64,000 bases of DNA, from IMG/VR virus record IMGVR_UViG_3300043466_002831, positions 57,364 through 121,363 of that record, one strand, 5' to 3'. Positions 1-8,532 of the stretch are shown here, piece by piece. This stretch comes from a virus. Taxonomy: Duplodnaviria > Heunggongvirae > Uroviricota > Caudoviricetes. The translations under genes were made by a program, and so were the position numbers. Position 1 is the stretch's first letter. Each line of letters opens with the position of its first letter. The notes under the pieces were generated by a model. The model was given only the letters and a program-made list of their open reading frames with translations, searched no databases and had not been told where the DNA came from.

Positions 1-227
1 TGTGTGTTCTCATCCATTTCTTTCCATCCATCTTCACCATCCATATAAGTGAAGGCTAATGTTACGATACAACTCCTTAAACCATCCAACTCTCTTTGGA
101 TATAGTCAGCATCAATAGTGATTTGTGAGTCACTACCTGAATCAGTAATTTTACTATTTAATTTTTCTGTGAGGGAGTTGTAGTTCCTTAACAACTGTCT
201 CCTCAATCCGTCCATACTTACTGTCAT
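1..227 (-). CDS. hypothetical protein, partial (continues beyond window start)
   Basis: Minus-strand open frame from ATG at 225-227 to the window edge (MTVSMDGLRRQLLRNYNSLTEKL...), abutting the stop of the next minus gene. Confidence 0.4.
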   Translation of the reverse strand, partial: MTVSMDGLRRQLLRNYNSLTEKLNSKITDSGSDSQITIDADYIQRELDGLRSCIVTLAFTYMDGEDGWKEMDENT

Positions 228-231
228 AATT

Positions 232-906
232 TTAATCTAAAGAGTTGGGGTAATATAATAAAGTTGGGTTCTTCTTTTGAATATCAGGAACATCTCCGCC
301 TAAAAAAGTTTTCTTGAATTCCATAACATCAAATCGTTCAGTGATTACATGGTAACCACTTTTGGTTGGAATAACCTCAATAACTTTTGGAACATAGTCA
401 TAAGTAATCTCAACAGTTCCATCCGACCGATGAAAGTGGTTTTCTGATTTTGTAACAAATGGACGACAAAACTTATTAATGATGGTAATTATTTTCATTA
501 ATACATCTTCATCTTTAATATCCACATCAACAATCCATCTTTTCTCTGAGGTTTTGATTTGACCAACAACTGAATCGAATAAACCTTTTTGGTTAGTTTG
601 ACCACTCTGTATTCTTTGAGCCAATTCAACCATCATATTCAAAGAAACATCTTTATGGTTTTGTTTCTGAACATGGATATATGCACGAGCCTTAAACATC
701 TCACAAAGTTGTTTAATCTCATCATACCTACGTTCAAGGTGGTCAATACTTTCAATACAATAAGTTTTAATGGTCCTTACCGATTGGTGGTTATCTCTTT
801 CACCTTCAGGTTGGTCTTTCTTTCTCTTAAACACATAGAGCATGTAGAAGTCACCTTCATCATCGAAGTTCAAAAGTGGTTTGATTATTTCTAAATTGTC
901 AATCAT
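232..906 (-). CDS. hypothetical protein
   Basis: 224-aa ORF with balanced composition; the overlapping plus ORF 589-894 looks spurious. Confidence 0.6.
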   Translation of the reverse strand: MIDNLEIIKPLLNFDDEGDFYMLYVFKRKKDQPEGERDNHQSVRTIKTYCIESIDHLERRYDEIKQLCEMFKARAYIHVQKQNHKDVSLNMMVELAQRIQSGQTNQKGLFDSVVGQIKTSEKRWIVDVDIKDEDVLMKIITIINKFCRPFVTKSENHFHRSDGTVEITYDYVPKVIEVIPTKSGYHVITERFDVMEFKKTFLGGDVPDIQKKNPTLLYYPNSLD

Positions 907-954
907 TTTACAAATATACTCAAAATCTTTACACTACCAAAGTATTTATAGGGA

Positions 955-2250
955 ATGAGAATAATAATCACAGAAGAGCAATTCAACCGATTTAATTTAC
1001 AGTTGTCTGAGCAAGGTATGGGCACAATGTTCACACCTCAATATCATGCAATGGAAATGTCTAAAATTGTTAAAATGCCAACTCATGAATTAAATGCTAT
1101 TTTAGGATTGGCAACCGCCTTTATACCTGTTATAGGACCTTTTATTAGTGCTGGAATTGGAGCGTTAGATGCTCTCCAATATTATCAAGAAGGTGATAAT
1201 AAAAGCGCAGCTATTGCCACAGGATTTTCATTACTCCCATTTATAGGTCCTGTAGTATCTAAAATACCAGGAGTTAAGCAATTAGGTGCGAAGGGTATGG
1301 CTGCGTTGGCATCAAAAGTTGGAAAAACCTCCAAATTTACACAAACTGAAGCACAAGTTTTAAAATCAATCAACGCCAATAAATCACTTGTGACGAATGA
1401 ATTAAAGGCGACTAGTAGTATATTAAATAGTTTAAAAGGTAGTGTTAGTCAATTTAAACCAAGCTATGTTCAAAGATTTGGTAAAAGTGCTTATGATGAT
1501 TTATTAAAGAAATTGGTATCAAAAAAAATAACTAAAGAACAGTTTATTGGTACTTTGAAAAAGGGTAAAGTTGCGTCCCCCAAGTTATCTAATTTTGCTA
1601 CAAAATTTGGAGTGAAATTTTCACAAGAAGAGTTACAGAGTATTAAAGCCATGACAAATGGAATTAAAACAGGTAAAACAACCCAAATTGTGTCAATTAA
1701 TACCAAGAATGGTGTAAAACAAGTTAAAATAAATGTTTTTGACCCAAATATGTATGCCAAAACTAGACCTGAATTAAAAAATATTGATGCGTTTGCTAAA
1801 GGTGATGGTATTTTTGTAAATAAAAACATTGTTGGGAAAGCCGATTTAGATGAATTAATAGGACATGAGTTGGCTCATATTAAAGACCCATCAATGGTTA
1901 GTAGTAAATTAAATAAAACATATAATACCAGTAGTGTTAAAAACTATAACTTACACCCATATGAGATAAATGCGGTTACATCGGCAGCACTTCAAACTTT
2001 AACTAACACAACTAAAAGTTGGATGAAGTATTTACCTAAAGAGCAATTAATGGGTTATTTAGATGATATTCTTAGATATACAAAAGGTGAAAAAGTTTTT
2101 GATGCGAATAGCTTAAAAATGATTGGTAAAGATGGATTAGACCAATTAATATTATATTATAAAAATGATAAAAAAACTTACCGTAATGTTTTAACCAAGA
2201 TAGCTAAACAAGCTAACTATCTAAAATCACAAGTTAACATTGCAATGTAA
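955..2250 (+). CDS. N-terminal-motif (NTM) family protein with HExxH motif (putative Zn-metallopeptidase) and a hydrophobic segment
   Basis: N-terminus MRIIITEEQFNRFN matches the recurring family motif. Contains LIGHELAHIKD (HExxH) and a hydrophobic stretch LGLATAFIPVIGPFISAGIGAL. Confidence 0.65.
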   Translation: MRIIITEEQFNRFNLQLSEQGMGTMFTPQYHAMEMSKIVKMPTHELNAILGLATAFIPVIGPFISAGIGALDALQYYQEGDNKSAAIATGFSLLPFIGPVVSKIPGVKQLGAKGMAALASKVGKTSKFTQTEAQVLKSINANKSLVTNELKATSSILNSLKGSVSQFKPSYVQRFGKSAYDDLLKKLVSKKITKEQFIGTLKKGKVASPKLSNFATKFGVKFSQEELQSIKAMTNGIKTGKTTQIVSINTKNGVKQVKINVFDPNMYAKTRPELKNIDAFAKGDGIFVNKNIVGKADLDELIGHELAHIKDPSMVSSKLNKTYNTSSVKNYNLHPYEINAVTSAALQTLTNTTKSWMKYLPKEQLMGYLDDILRYTKGEKVFDANSLKMIGKDGLDQLILYYKNDKKTYRNVLTKIAKQANYLKSQVNIAM

Positions 2251-2263
2251 TAAGTAATTAATA

Positions 2264-2836
2264 ATGAAGATAATAATCACAGAAGAACAATTCAATCGAT
2301 TCAATAGAAGTAGCGGTGCGTTACAGAATGGGATTATTAAATATTTGAATCTTTTATTCTCAGAGGGTGAAAGGACTTTTAGTACTAAAAACAACAATCT
2401 TGGTAGTCTTTCAGAAAATTGGTGTATAGATGGTAAAAATCATTTCATGATAAATTATTATTTTGAAGATGGTAAGTTTAATGTTGGTAAGTTAATTGTG
2501 TCTATGACGATTGTTGACCAAATTAGAAATATATTCAGTATCAAAAAATCATATGCTCTCCATGTTATTGAAGAGTGGTATGAAGACGTAATGGTTCCAA
2601 AATTTGAGGAGTTGGTTGATGAAAAAGGATTAAGTATCGATGAAATTATGATTAGTACAAATATAGATAGTCCTTGTAAACCTAAATTTGTCAGACCTGA
2701 TGATTTAACGGATGATGAAATGATTGATTATATTGTGGCACACACTTTATTTAAAAGACAGGATGTTATACGACAACTTGAAGGTGGTAGAGACCTTGAT
2801 GTGATGTACGCAGATATTCTTTATAGAGACAAATAG
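2264..2836 (+). CDS. NTM family protein
   Basis: N-terminus MKIIITEEQFNRFN is nearly identical to the preceding gene's N-terminus. Confidence 0.7.
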   Translation: MKIIITEEQFNRFNRSSGALQNGIIKYLNLLFSEGERTFSTKNNNLGSLSENWCIDGKNHFMINYYFEDGKFNVGKLIVSMTIVDQIRNIFSIKKSYALHVIEEWYEDVMVPKFEELVDEKGLSIDEIMISTNIDSPCKPKFVRPDDLTDDEMIDYIVAHTLFKRQDVIRQLEGGRDLDVMYADILYRDK

Positions 2837-2839
2837 TAT

Positions 2840-3151
2840 ATGAAATACATTATAACAGAAGAACAATTACGAAATACGATTAAAAAATTCAATAGAGAAC
2901 ATATTGAACGAGATAAATTAAGTGTCATTATGGAAGAACTTGTTTTACGTTTTTTTGAAAACAAAATTCCTATTTGTGATGTAGTTGCCACAAAAACATC
3001 TGACTATATTGTTTTAGTATTAACTCCCAAATATATTGGTAATAGTATCGAAACTAGAATCGCCAAATATATTGAAGATTATATTGGTATTAGACCAATG
3101 GTTTTAGTTAATACGTCTCAAGATTGTATGGAAGAAGATACTATAGAATAA
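2840..3151 (+). CDS. NTM family protein (small)
   Basis: N-terminus MKYIITEEQLRNTIKKFN. Confidence 0.7.
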   Translation: MKYIITEEQLRNTIKKFNREHIERDKLSVIMEELVLRFFENKIPICDVVATKTSDYIVLVLTPKYIGNSIETRIAKYIEDYIGIRPMVLVNTSQDCMEEDTIE

Positions 3152-3152
3152 A

Positions 3153-3341
3153 ATGGAAGACAATAATAGAATTGACGGAATATATGTCCCATTAAAGATT
3201 GGGGACACAATCTATACAGGTAGATTTAAAAACAAAAAAACAACCGTTAAGAGTATTGGTAAGGATGAATACGGAATGCCAACTGTTAATGGTAAGAGAG
3301 TTCTTGCTTTTAGAATCATTCCCAAAGGAAAAAAATCTTAA
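3153..3341 (+). CDS. hypothetical small protein
   Basis: 62-aa ORF tightly packed after the previous gene. Confidence 0.4.
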   Translation: MEDNNRIDGIYVPLKIGDTIYTGRFKNKKTTVKSIGKDEYGMPTVNGKRVLAFRIIPKGKKS

Positions 3342-3368
3342 TTTATTGTTTCTTGTTATTTAATTTTC

Positions 3369-3376
3369 TACATTTG
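3369..3376 (+). promoter_or_regulatory. -7 promoter box TACATTTG, 4 nt upstream of ATG 3381
   Basis: TAnnTTTG-N4-ATG. Confidence 0.5.
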
Positions 3377-3380
3377 TATT

Positions 3381-4529
3381 ATGGAGAAAATTGTCAACAC
3401 ATTAATCGACGAGGCAGTACAGAAAGTCGATACATATACTAATAATGGTTCAACTTGGCTCATTTTTACAGATGATAAAAGATGGGTTATTGAACTTACC
3501 AAAGATGGTACGTTATGGTATAACTACAATTTCTTTAATAGTTTATTTGCATATACCTCAATGGATGTAATTGAAAACCAACATTATATTACAAAGTGGG
3601 TTGAGAACAATGTCATCAATAAGAAAAAACCTGTCAAAAATGAGGTGAAAGACACTGAAGTGCGGAAGCGTCATTTGGTCCAACAGGTTGAAGACACCAT
3701 TCAAAATGGGGTGAAGCATACCTCTGGGGGTAGAAATTATGGTCCGTATAGAGTTGAAGACACCATACATAATGGGGTGAAGGAAACTATTGACCTTGAG
3801 ATGGATGACGAAGATGTTATTGAATACATGATTGAAACAGGTGTTAAAGAAACCATTGAATTGGTTAACTCTCAACTTGAGGAAGTTGAAGATACCATTC
3901 AAAATGGGGTGAAGAACACCCAACTTTGGTTAAATACCAGAGATACAGTAGTTGAAAGCGCTATTCAAAATGGGGTGAAAAATACCTACTCAGATAAAAT
4001 TCCTCATGAATATGATTGGACTGACCAATTTGATGTTAAAGAAGTTATTGAGACTGGTGTGAAACACACCGAAAAATCACTACAAATTGATGGTTCTTGT
4101 GTTATTGAAGATGTTATAAAGGAAGGAGTGAAACATACTGAGTATGGTGATTGGGAGGATGGTGATGAGAGATTGGATGATATCATTAAGAATGGGGTTA
4201 AACAAACCTGTGCTCAGATTCCCTCAATAGATGCTGTAGTAGAAAGAGTGGTTGAGGAAGGGATAAAAGAAACTAACATGGAAGAACATCATCGATTACG
4301 AGAAGTAGTTCAAACGGTTAAGAATGGTGTCAAAGAAACTCATGATGATGTTTATCCTCATACTGCCCGAATTGAAGGTGTGATTAAAAATGGAATTAAA
4401 GAAGTTCAACCATTACCAGCACAAGATGGCAACAGAGATTGGGGGATTTATTATTATAGAAAAGAAGATATAACCAAACCTCATACTCAATATGTGAATG
4501 ATGTAATTGAAAACGGAGAAAAATTTTAA
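3381..4529 (+). CDS. repeat protein with about 12 copies of an (I/V)xNGVKxT motif
   Basis: Peptide repeats such as EDTIQNGVKHT, IHNGVKET, IETGVKET, IQNGVKNT, IKEGVKHT, IKNGVKQT, VKNGVKET. The nucleotide repeat AATGGGGTGAA recurs. TACATTTG-N4-ATG promoter box directly upstream. Confidence 0.7.
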   Translation: MEKIVNTLIDEAVQKVDTYTNNGSTWLIFTDDKRWVIELTKDGTLWYNYNFFNSLFAYTSMDVIENQHYITKWVENNVINKKKPVKNEVKDTEVRKRHLVQQVEDTIQNGVKHTSGGRNYGPYRVEDTIHNGVKETIDLEMDDEDVIEYMIETGVKETIELVNSQLEEVEDTIQNGVKNTQLWLNTRDTVVESAIQNGVKNTYSDKIPHEYDWTDQFDVKEVIETGVKHTEKSLQIDGSCVIEDVIKEGVKHTEYGDWEDGDERLDDIIKNGVKQTCAQIPSIDAVVERVVEEGIKETNMEEHHRLREVVQTVKNGVKETHDDVYPHTARIEGVIKNGIKEVQPLPAQDGNRDWGIYYYRKEDITKPHTQYVNDVIENGEKF

Positions 4530-4531
4530 AT

Positions 4532-4927
4532 ATGAAAATAGGAATAACTGCAAGTGCATTTGATTTATTACATGCGGGACACGTTTTAATGTTAAAAGAG
4601 GCAAAATCGGTGTGTGACCACCTGATTGTCGCTTTACAAGTAAATCCAACATTAGATAGACCTGATAAGAATAAACCAATTCAATCTTTTTATGAGAGAT
4701 GGACTCAATTATCTGCGGTGAAATATGTGGATGAAATTATACCATATGAATCGGAAAAAGAACTTATGACAATCCTTCAAAATAATAATATTGATATTCG
4801 AATATTAGGTGATGAATATCGAAACAAAGTTTTCACGGGTTGCAACTTAGAAATGGAATACTACTTCAATAAAAGAACCCACAAATATAGTTCAACAGAA
4901 TTAAGAAAACGTCTCGGTGGTATTTAA
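4532..4927 (+). CDS. cytidylyltransferase (TagD/glycerol-3-phosphate cytidylyltransferase-like nucleotidyltransferase)
   Basis: HxGH motif FDLLHAGH near the N-terminus, and overall similarity in pattern to TagD-family enzymes (MKIGITASAFDLLHAGHVLMLKEAK...YVDEIIP). Confidence 0.65.
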   Translation: MKIGITASAFDLLHAGHVLMLKEAKSVCDHLIVALQVNPTLDRPDKNKPIQSFYERWTQLSAVKYVDEIIPYESEKELMTILQNNNIDIRILGDEYRNKVFTGCNLEMEYYFNKRTHKYSSTELRKRLGGI

Positions 4928-5108
4928 TTACATGAGAGATGCATTTATAATTAAAGGTAAAGAGATAAACTACATGGACACAAATTGGGTCATAACTGAA
5001 TTATATTACGTGCCAAACAATCCAAATTTATATGTTGAATTGTATGATGGTAAGTCAAGGATGAATGTGATATTGGACTCAATAAAGGATTTAATTATAA
5101 GAGAGTAA
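4917..5108 (+). CDS. hypothetical small protein
   Basis: 63-aa ORF between two enzyme genes. Confidence 0.35.
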   Translation: MVFNYMRDAFIIKGKEINYMDTNWVITELYYVPNNPNLYVELYDGKSRMNVILDSIKDLIIRE

Positions 5109-5109
5109 T

Positions 5110-5832
5110 ATGAAATTAAATGATTTATTAACTATTGTAATCCCTTGTAAAAACGAGAAGGATATTATATCTAAAACATTAGATTTATTAAATCATCAAA
5201 CAAATATTAAAGGGGTTAAAGTTATTGTTTGTGATTCATCTGATGATTTATATACCAAATTAGTTTTATTTAATAAATCAGAATATAACTCAAATGAGTA
5301 TGATTTTAAATTAGAAGTAATTGAAGGTGGTTTACCTGCTAAAGCAAGAAACAATGGATTTAACTTAGTTACTACACCATATGTTTTATTTATGGACGCT
5401 GATATATTCCTGTTGGACAGTAATCTTTTGGTTAATACTGTTTCAAAAATAAAAGACGAAGATTTAGATTTAGTCAGTGTTAGGTTTAGAACTGACAACG
5501 GAGACTACAATTACGTTTATAAAGTTTTTGATATTCTACAAAAACTATCAATGTTAATTTCACCATTCTGTTTGGGTGGATTCATGTTAACCAAATCATC
5601 GAAGTTTAAAGAGATTGGTGGATTTGATGAAGAAGTTAAAGTTGCTGAGGATTATGTTTATTCCAAACAAATAAAAAGTAATATGTTTAAAATACATAAT
5701 GCTTTTGTATATACACCGCCACGAAGATTCCACAATAAAGGTTTGTGGTATATGACCAAATTAATGATTGGGTCAGTCCTAAATAAAAACAATAAAGAAT
5801 ATTTTAAAGATAGTAAGAGTTATTGGTCATGA
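5110..5832 (+). CDS. family 2 glycosyltransferase
   Basis: LTIVIPCKNE...VIVCDSSDD...FMDADI pattern typical of GT-A/GT2 enzymes. Confidence 0.65.
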   Translation: MKLNDLLTIVIPCKNEKDIISKTLDLLNHQTNIKGVKVIVCDSSDDLYTKLVLFNKSEYNSNEYDFKLEVIEGGLPAKARNNGFNLVTTPYVLFMDADIFLLDSNLLVNTVSKIKDEDLDLVSVRFRTDNGDYNYVYKVFDILQKLSMLISPFCLGGFMLTKSSKFKEIGGFDEEVKVAEDYVYSKQIKSNMFKIHNAFVYTPPRRFHNKGLWYMTKLMIGSVLNKNNKEYFKDSKSYWS

Positions 5833-6545
5833 ACACATGGAGAACAATAATAATGAGTGATTTGCATCTTGGTGCACGACAATCACAAACAGATAAGATT
5901 ATCAAATTCTTGGAAGAAAATGAATCTGAGACATTAATTTTAAATGGTGACATCATTGACGGATGGGCACTTAAAAGTGGAGGAAAATGGAAAAAAGAAT
6001 GTTCCAAGATATTCCGAAGATTTATGAAAAGGAGTGAAATGGGTACAAAGGTGGTTTACCTCAGAGGTAATCACGATGACTTTTTAAAACCATTTGTTCC
6101 GTTCTTCATGAATAACATTCAAATTGTAAGAAAATATACACACATCGGAGCTGATGGTAGAAAGTACTACTGTTTCCATGGAGACGTTCTTGACTTTGTG
6201 ATTATGAAAGTAAGATGGTTAGCGGTACTTGGCGGTATATCTTATGACTTTGTAATCAAATTGAATACGATGTATAATTTCATCAGGAGGAAGTTTAATC
6301 TACCTTATCATTCTTTGGCGAATGATATTAAGCAAAGTGTTAAGGGTGCGATTAATTTTGTTTCTGACTTTGAAGAAAATGCTAAAGGATTAACAAAAAG
6401 TAAGGGCTGTGATGTTGCGGTTTGCGGTCACATACACCAACCAAAGTTAACTGAAGATTATATGAATTCAGGTGATTTCTGTGAGAACTCAACTTGTTTG
6501 GTTGAGGATTTTGAAGGTAAATGGTCGATAATTAATATGGGTTAA
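5829..6545 (+). CDS. LpxH-family calcineurin-like metallophosphoesterase
   Basis: SDLHLG...ILNGDIIDGW...LRGNHDDF...FHGDVLD...CGHIHQP matches metallophosphoesterase motifs in LpxH-like order. The track start 5823 is TTG; the ATG at 5829 overlaps the upstream stop (ATGA). Confidence 0.6.
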   Translation: MNTWRTIIMSDLHLGARQSQTDKIIKFLEENESETLILNGDIIDGWALKSGGKWKKECSKIFRRFMKRSEMGTKVVYLRGNHDDFLKPFVPFFMNNIQIVRKYTHIGADGRKYYCFHGDVLDFVIMKVRWLAVLGGISYDFVIKLNTMYNFIRRKFNLPYHSLANDIKQSVKGAINFVSDFEENAKGLTKSKGCDVAVCGHIHQPKLTEDYMNSGDFCENSTCLVEDFEGKWSIINMG

Positions 6546-6868
6546 TGATTGTACCCATATTCTGAGCTAAAAACAAATCCTTGACCATCACCACAATCAA
6601 AGAAAGAAGATACTTTAGGTTCTTTATTGTACATTTGTTTGTCAGGTGACAACATTTTAAACAAAGTTTTAACCTCGGAATCTATCTCCATTTGTTTTTT
6701 TGTTGATAAACATTCTGATGTGTAAAAATCAACAACATAACTATAACCTAAAAATAGTTCCATATTTTCATCGGCAAATAAATCTCGAACCTCAAATTCA
6801 GTTAATTCAGGGTATTGAGGTATGATTAATTTTTTAATTACAGTTTCTATTTGTGGAATAAGACTCAT
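6542..6868 (-). CDS. hypothetical protein
   Basis: 108-aa minus ORF. Confidence 0.5.
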   Translation of the reverse strand: MSLIPQIETVIKKLIIPQYPELTEFEVRDLFADENMELFLGYSYVVDFYTSECLSTKKQMEIDSEVKTLFKMLSPDKQMYNKEPKVSSFFDCGDGQGFVFSSEYGYNH

Positions 6869-6890
6869 ATCAGTTATAAATACTACTCAA

Positions 6891-7154
6891 TTATACAATT
6901 TCTTGGATTTTAAGGTTATACGCTTTACTGAACCACGCATTAATTACTGTAATCATAATTTTATCAATAAATTCTTTACCAAACTTTTTGTTAAGAGTTG
7001 ACTTAACCTCATCACTAACATACATGGTCGATGTTTTTATATCAAACAGGAAGAACTCATTCGCCCACGTCTGTTCTACTTTATCATAATAAAGATAAGG
7101 GAAACTAAACTTATCTTCAATGAACTTCACTATGTGTTTTTCAATTGTTGTCAT
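6891..7154 (-). CDS. hypothetical protein
   Basis: 87-aa minus ORF. Confidence 0.5.
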   Translation of the reverse strand: MTTIEKHIVKFIEDKFSFPYLYYDKVEQTWANEFFLFDIKTSTMYVSDEVKSTLNKKFGKEFIDKIMITVINAWFSKAYNLKIQEIV

Positions 7155-7209
7155 AACTTTAAAGATAATAAAGATTCATTATTAAACAAATATCTATATA
7201 TTTATTATC

Positions 7210-8421
7210 ATGAGATTAGATGAAAACATACTTAGAATAAAGGAAGTTATGGGATTGATTACCGAGGCGGAAGTAAATCCTCAAGGTGTTGAAATTAATC
7301 TTGGTAACTTATTTAAATCAGGTAAATATATTATAACACCTGAAATTGGTACTAAAATTAATTCTGCTATTAATCAAATCAAAGCATTTATTACTAAAAA
7401 TCCAGGTAAACCTGTTGTAGTTACAATAGAATCATCGGAATCAAAAGTACCTAATTATGACAGAGAAAAATTCCCATCAACTGGGAATAATGAGGTTGAT
7501 TTTACTAAAGAGAAAAAAATGGTGGTTGGAGCACTATCAAAAATTAGGGCAAATAATTTATCAACATATTTAAAACCTAAATTACCTAAAAGTGCTCAAA
7601 TAGTTATCAATGACAAGGGTGCTCAAGGACCTACTTGGGATGGCGTGAATGCGGATGCTGAAAAATATACTCAAAAACAATATGTTAAATTATTTGCAAA
7701 ACTTAACACTACCCAACCAACAACAAGTACGCCTAAAACAGACCCTAAATTTTGTACACAAGAAATAGAAAGTTCTGGTGGAAAGGGAAACCCAAGTAAT
7801 GGTTTTATCTCCGAGGTAAAAACTATTGAACTAGGTGAAGGTGAAAATACATTTAAATTCTTTATTGATTCTATAAGTGTACCTGATATTATGATTGTTG
7901 AATATAATGGGGTTACACAAACTACGGGATTTGTTGGTAGTGATACTGAATTATACCAAACTTTATTAGGGACTATAATTTATAACCGTTACGATAATTG
8001 GGGTAACCCAAGACCGTGGTGGTTCAAAAACCTTAAATTAGTTGGAGTACAACCATATCACGCTGACCAAGTTTTAAAAAAATATTCAGGTGATTGGACA
8101 CCTGATGATTTATCACACATCTATCCAAAGGCTCCTAAATTAAGTACTACTTTTTTTCAAACAATGACTAAAAATCCTGACGAATATGTTGGGAATTTTA
8201 AAGTATATAAATTAGGCTACGATTCAATTAGAACGATGGCGGCGGGAGTTGATGCTTGGAACGGTCCATCAAGTATAACTATTAATAAAGTTGCTGGTGT
8301 GAATACTGCCAAAGTTACTATCATTGGATTGATAGGTCAAACAAAATGGAAATTATATGTTAAGTGTGGTAACATTGCACCAATGTTAACAACTGCGGGT
8401 GGTTCAGGTGGGGATGCTTAA
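7210..8421 (+). CDS. hypothetical protein with variant NTM-like N-terminus
   Basis: MRLDENILRIKEVMGLITE resembles the MNLREDIERIQEVMGIE variant of the family motif. Confidence 0.55.
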   Translation: MRLDENILRIKEVMGLITEAEVNPQGVEINLGNLFKSGKYIITPEIGTKINSAINQIKAFITKNPGKPVVVTIESSESKVPNYDREKFPSTGNNEVDFTKEKKMVVGALSKIRANNLSTYLKPKLPKSAQIVINDKGAQGPTWDGVNADAEKYTQKQYVKLFAKLNTTQPTTSTPKTDPKFCTQEIESSGGKGNPSNGFISEVKTIELGEGENTFKFFIDSISVPDIMIVEYNGVTQTTGFVGSDTELYQTLLGTIIYNRYDNWGNPRPWWFKNLKLVGVQPYHADQVLKKYSGDWTPDDLSHIYPKAPKLSTTFFQTMTKNPDEYVGNFKVYKLGYDSIRTMAAGVDAWNGPSSITINKVAGVNTAKVTIIGLIGQTKWKLYVKCGNIAPMLTTAGGSGGDA

Positions 8422-8532
8422 CTTATTCGGTGAAAACTGTTGAATACTAAAAATATTATTAGTATTATTCATTGACCACACCAAAATGGTGTTTTTACGT
8501 CTATCGTGTAATTTACAAAACTACTTATCATT

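Noticed and set aside
589-894. 101-aa plus ORF inside minus gene 232-906, and similar embedded ORFs throughout (for example 1185-1379, 1491-1829, 3558-3923, 5196-5498, 11585-11809, 16102-16335, 35405-35795, 52352-52961, 55961-56206, 59138-59341, 61247-61459, 63391-63594)
   Set aside because: They are fully nested, antisense or out of frame within longer, better-supported genes. All have Ile/Phe/Leu-rich composition and none has a promoter or terminator context.
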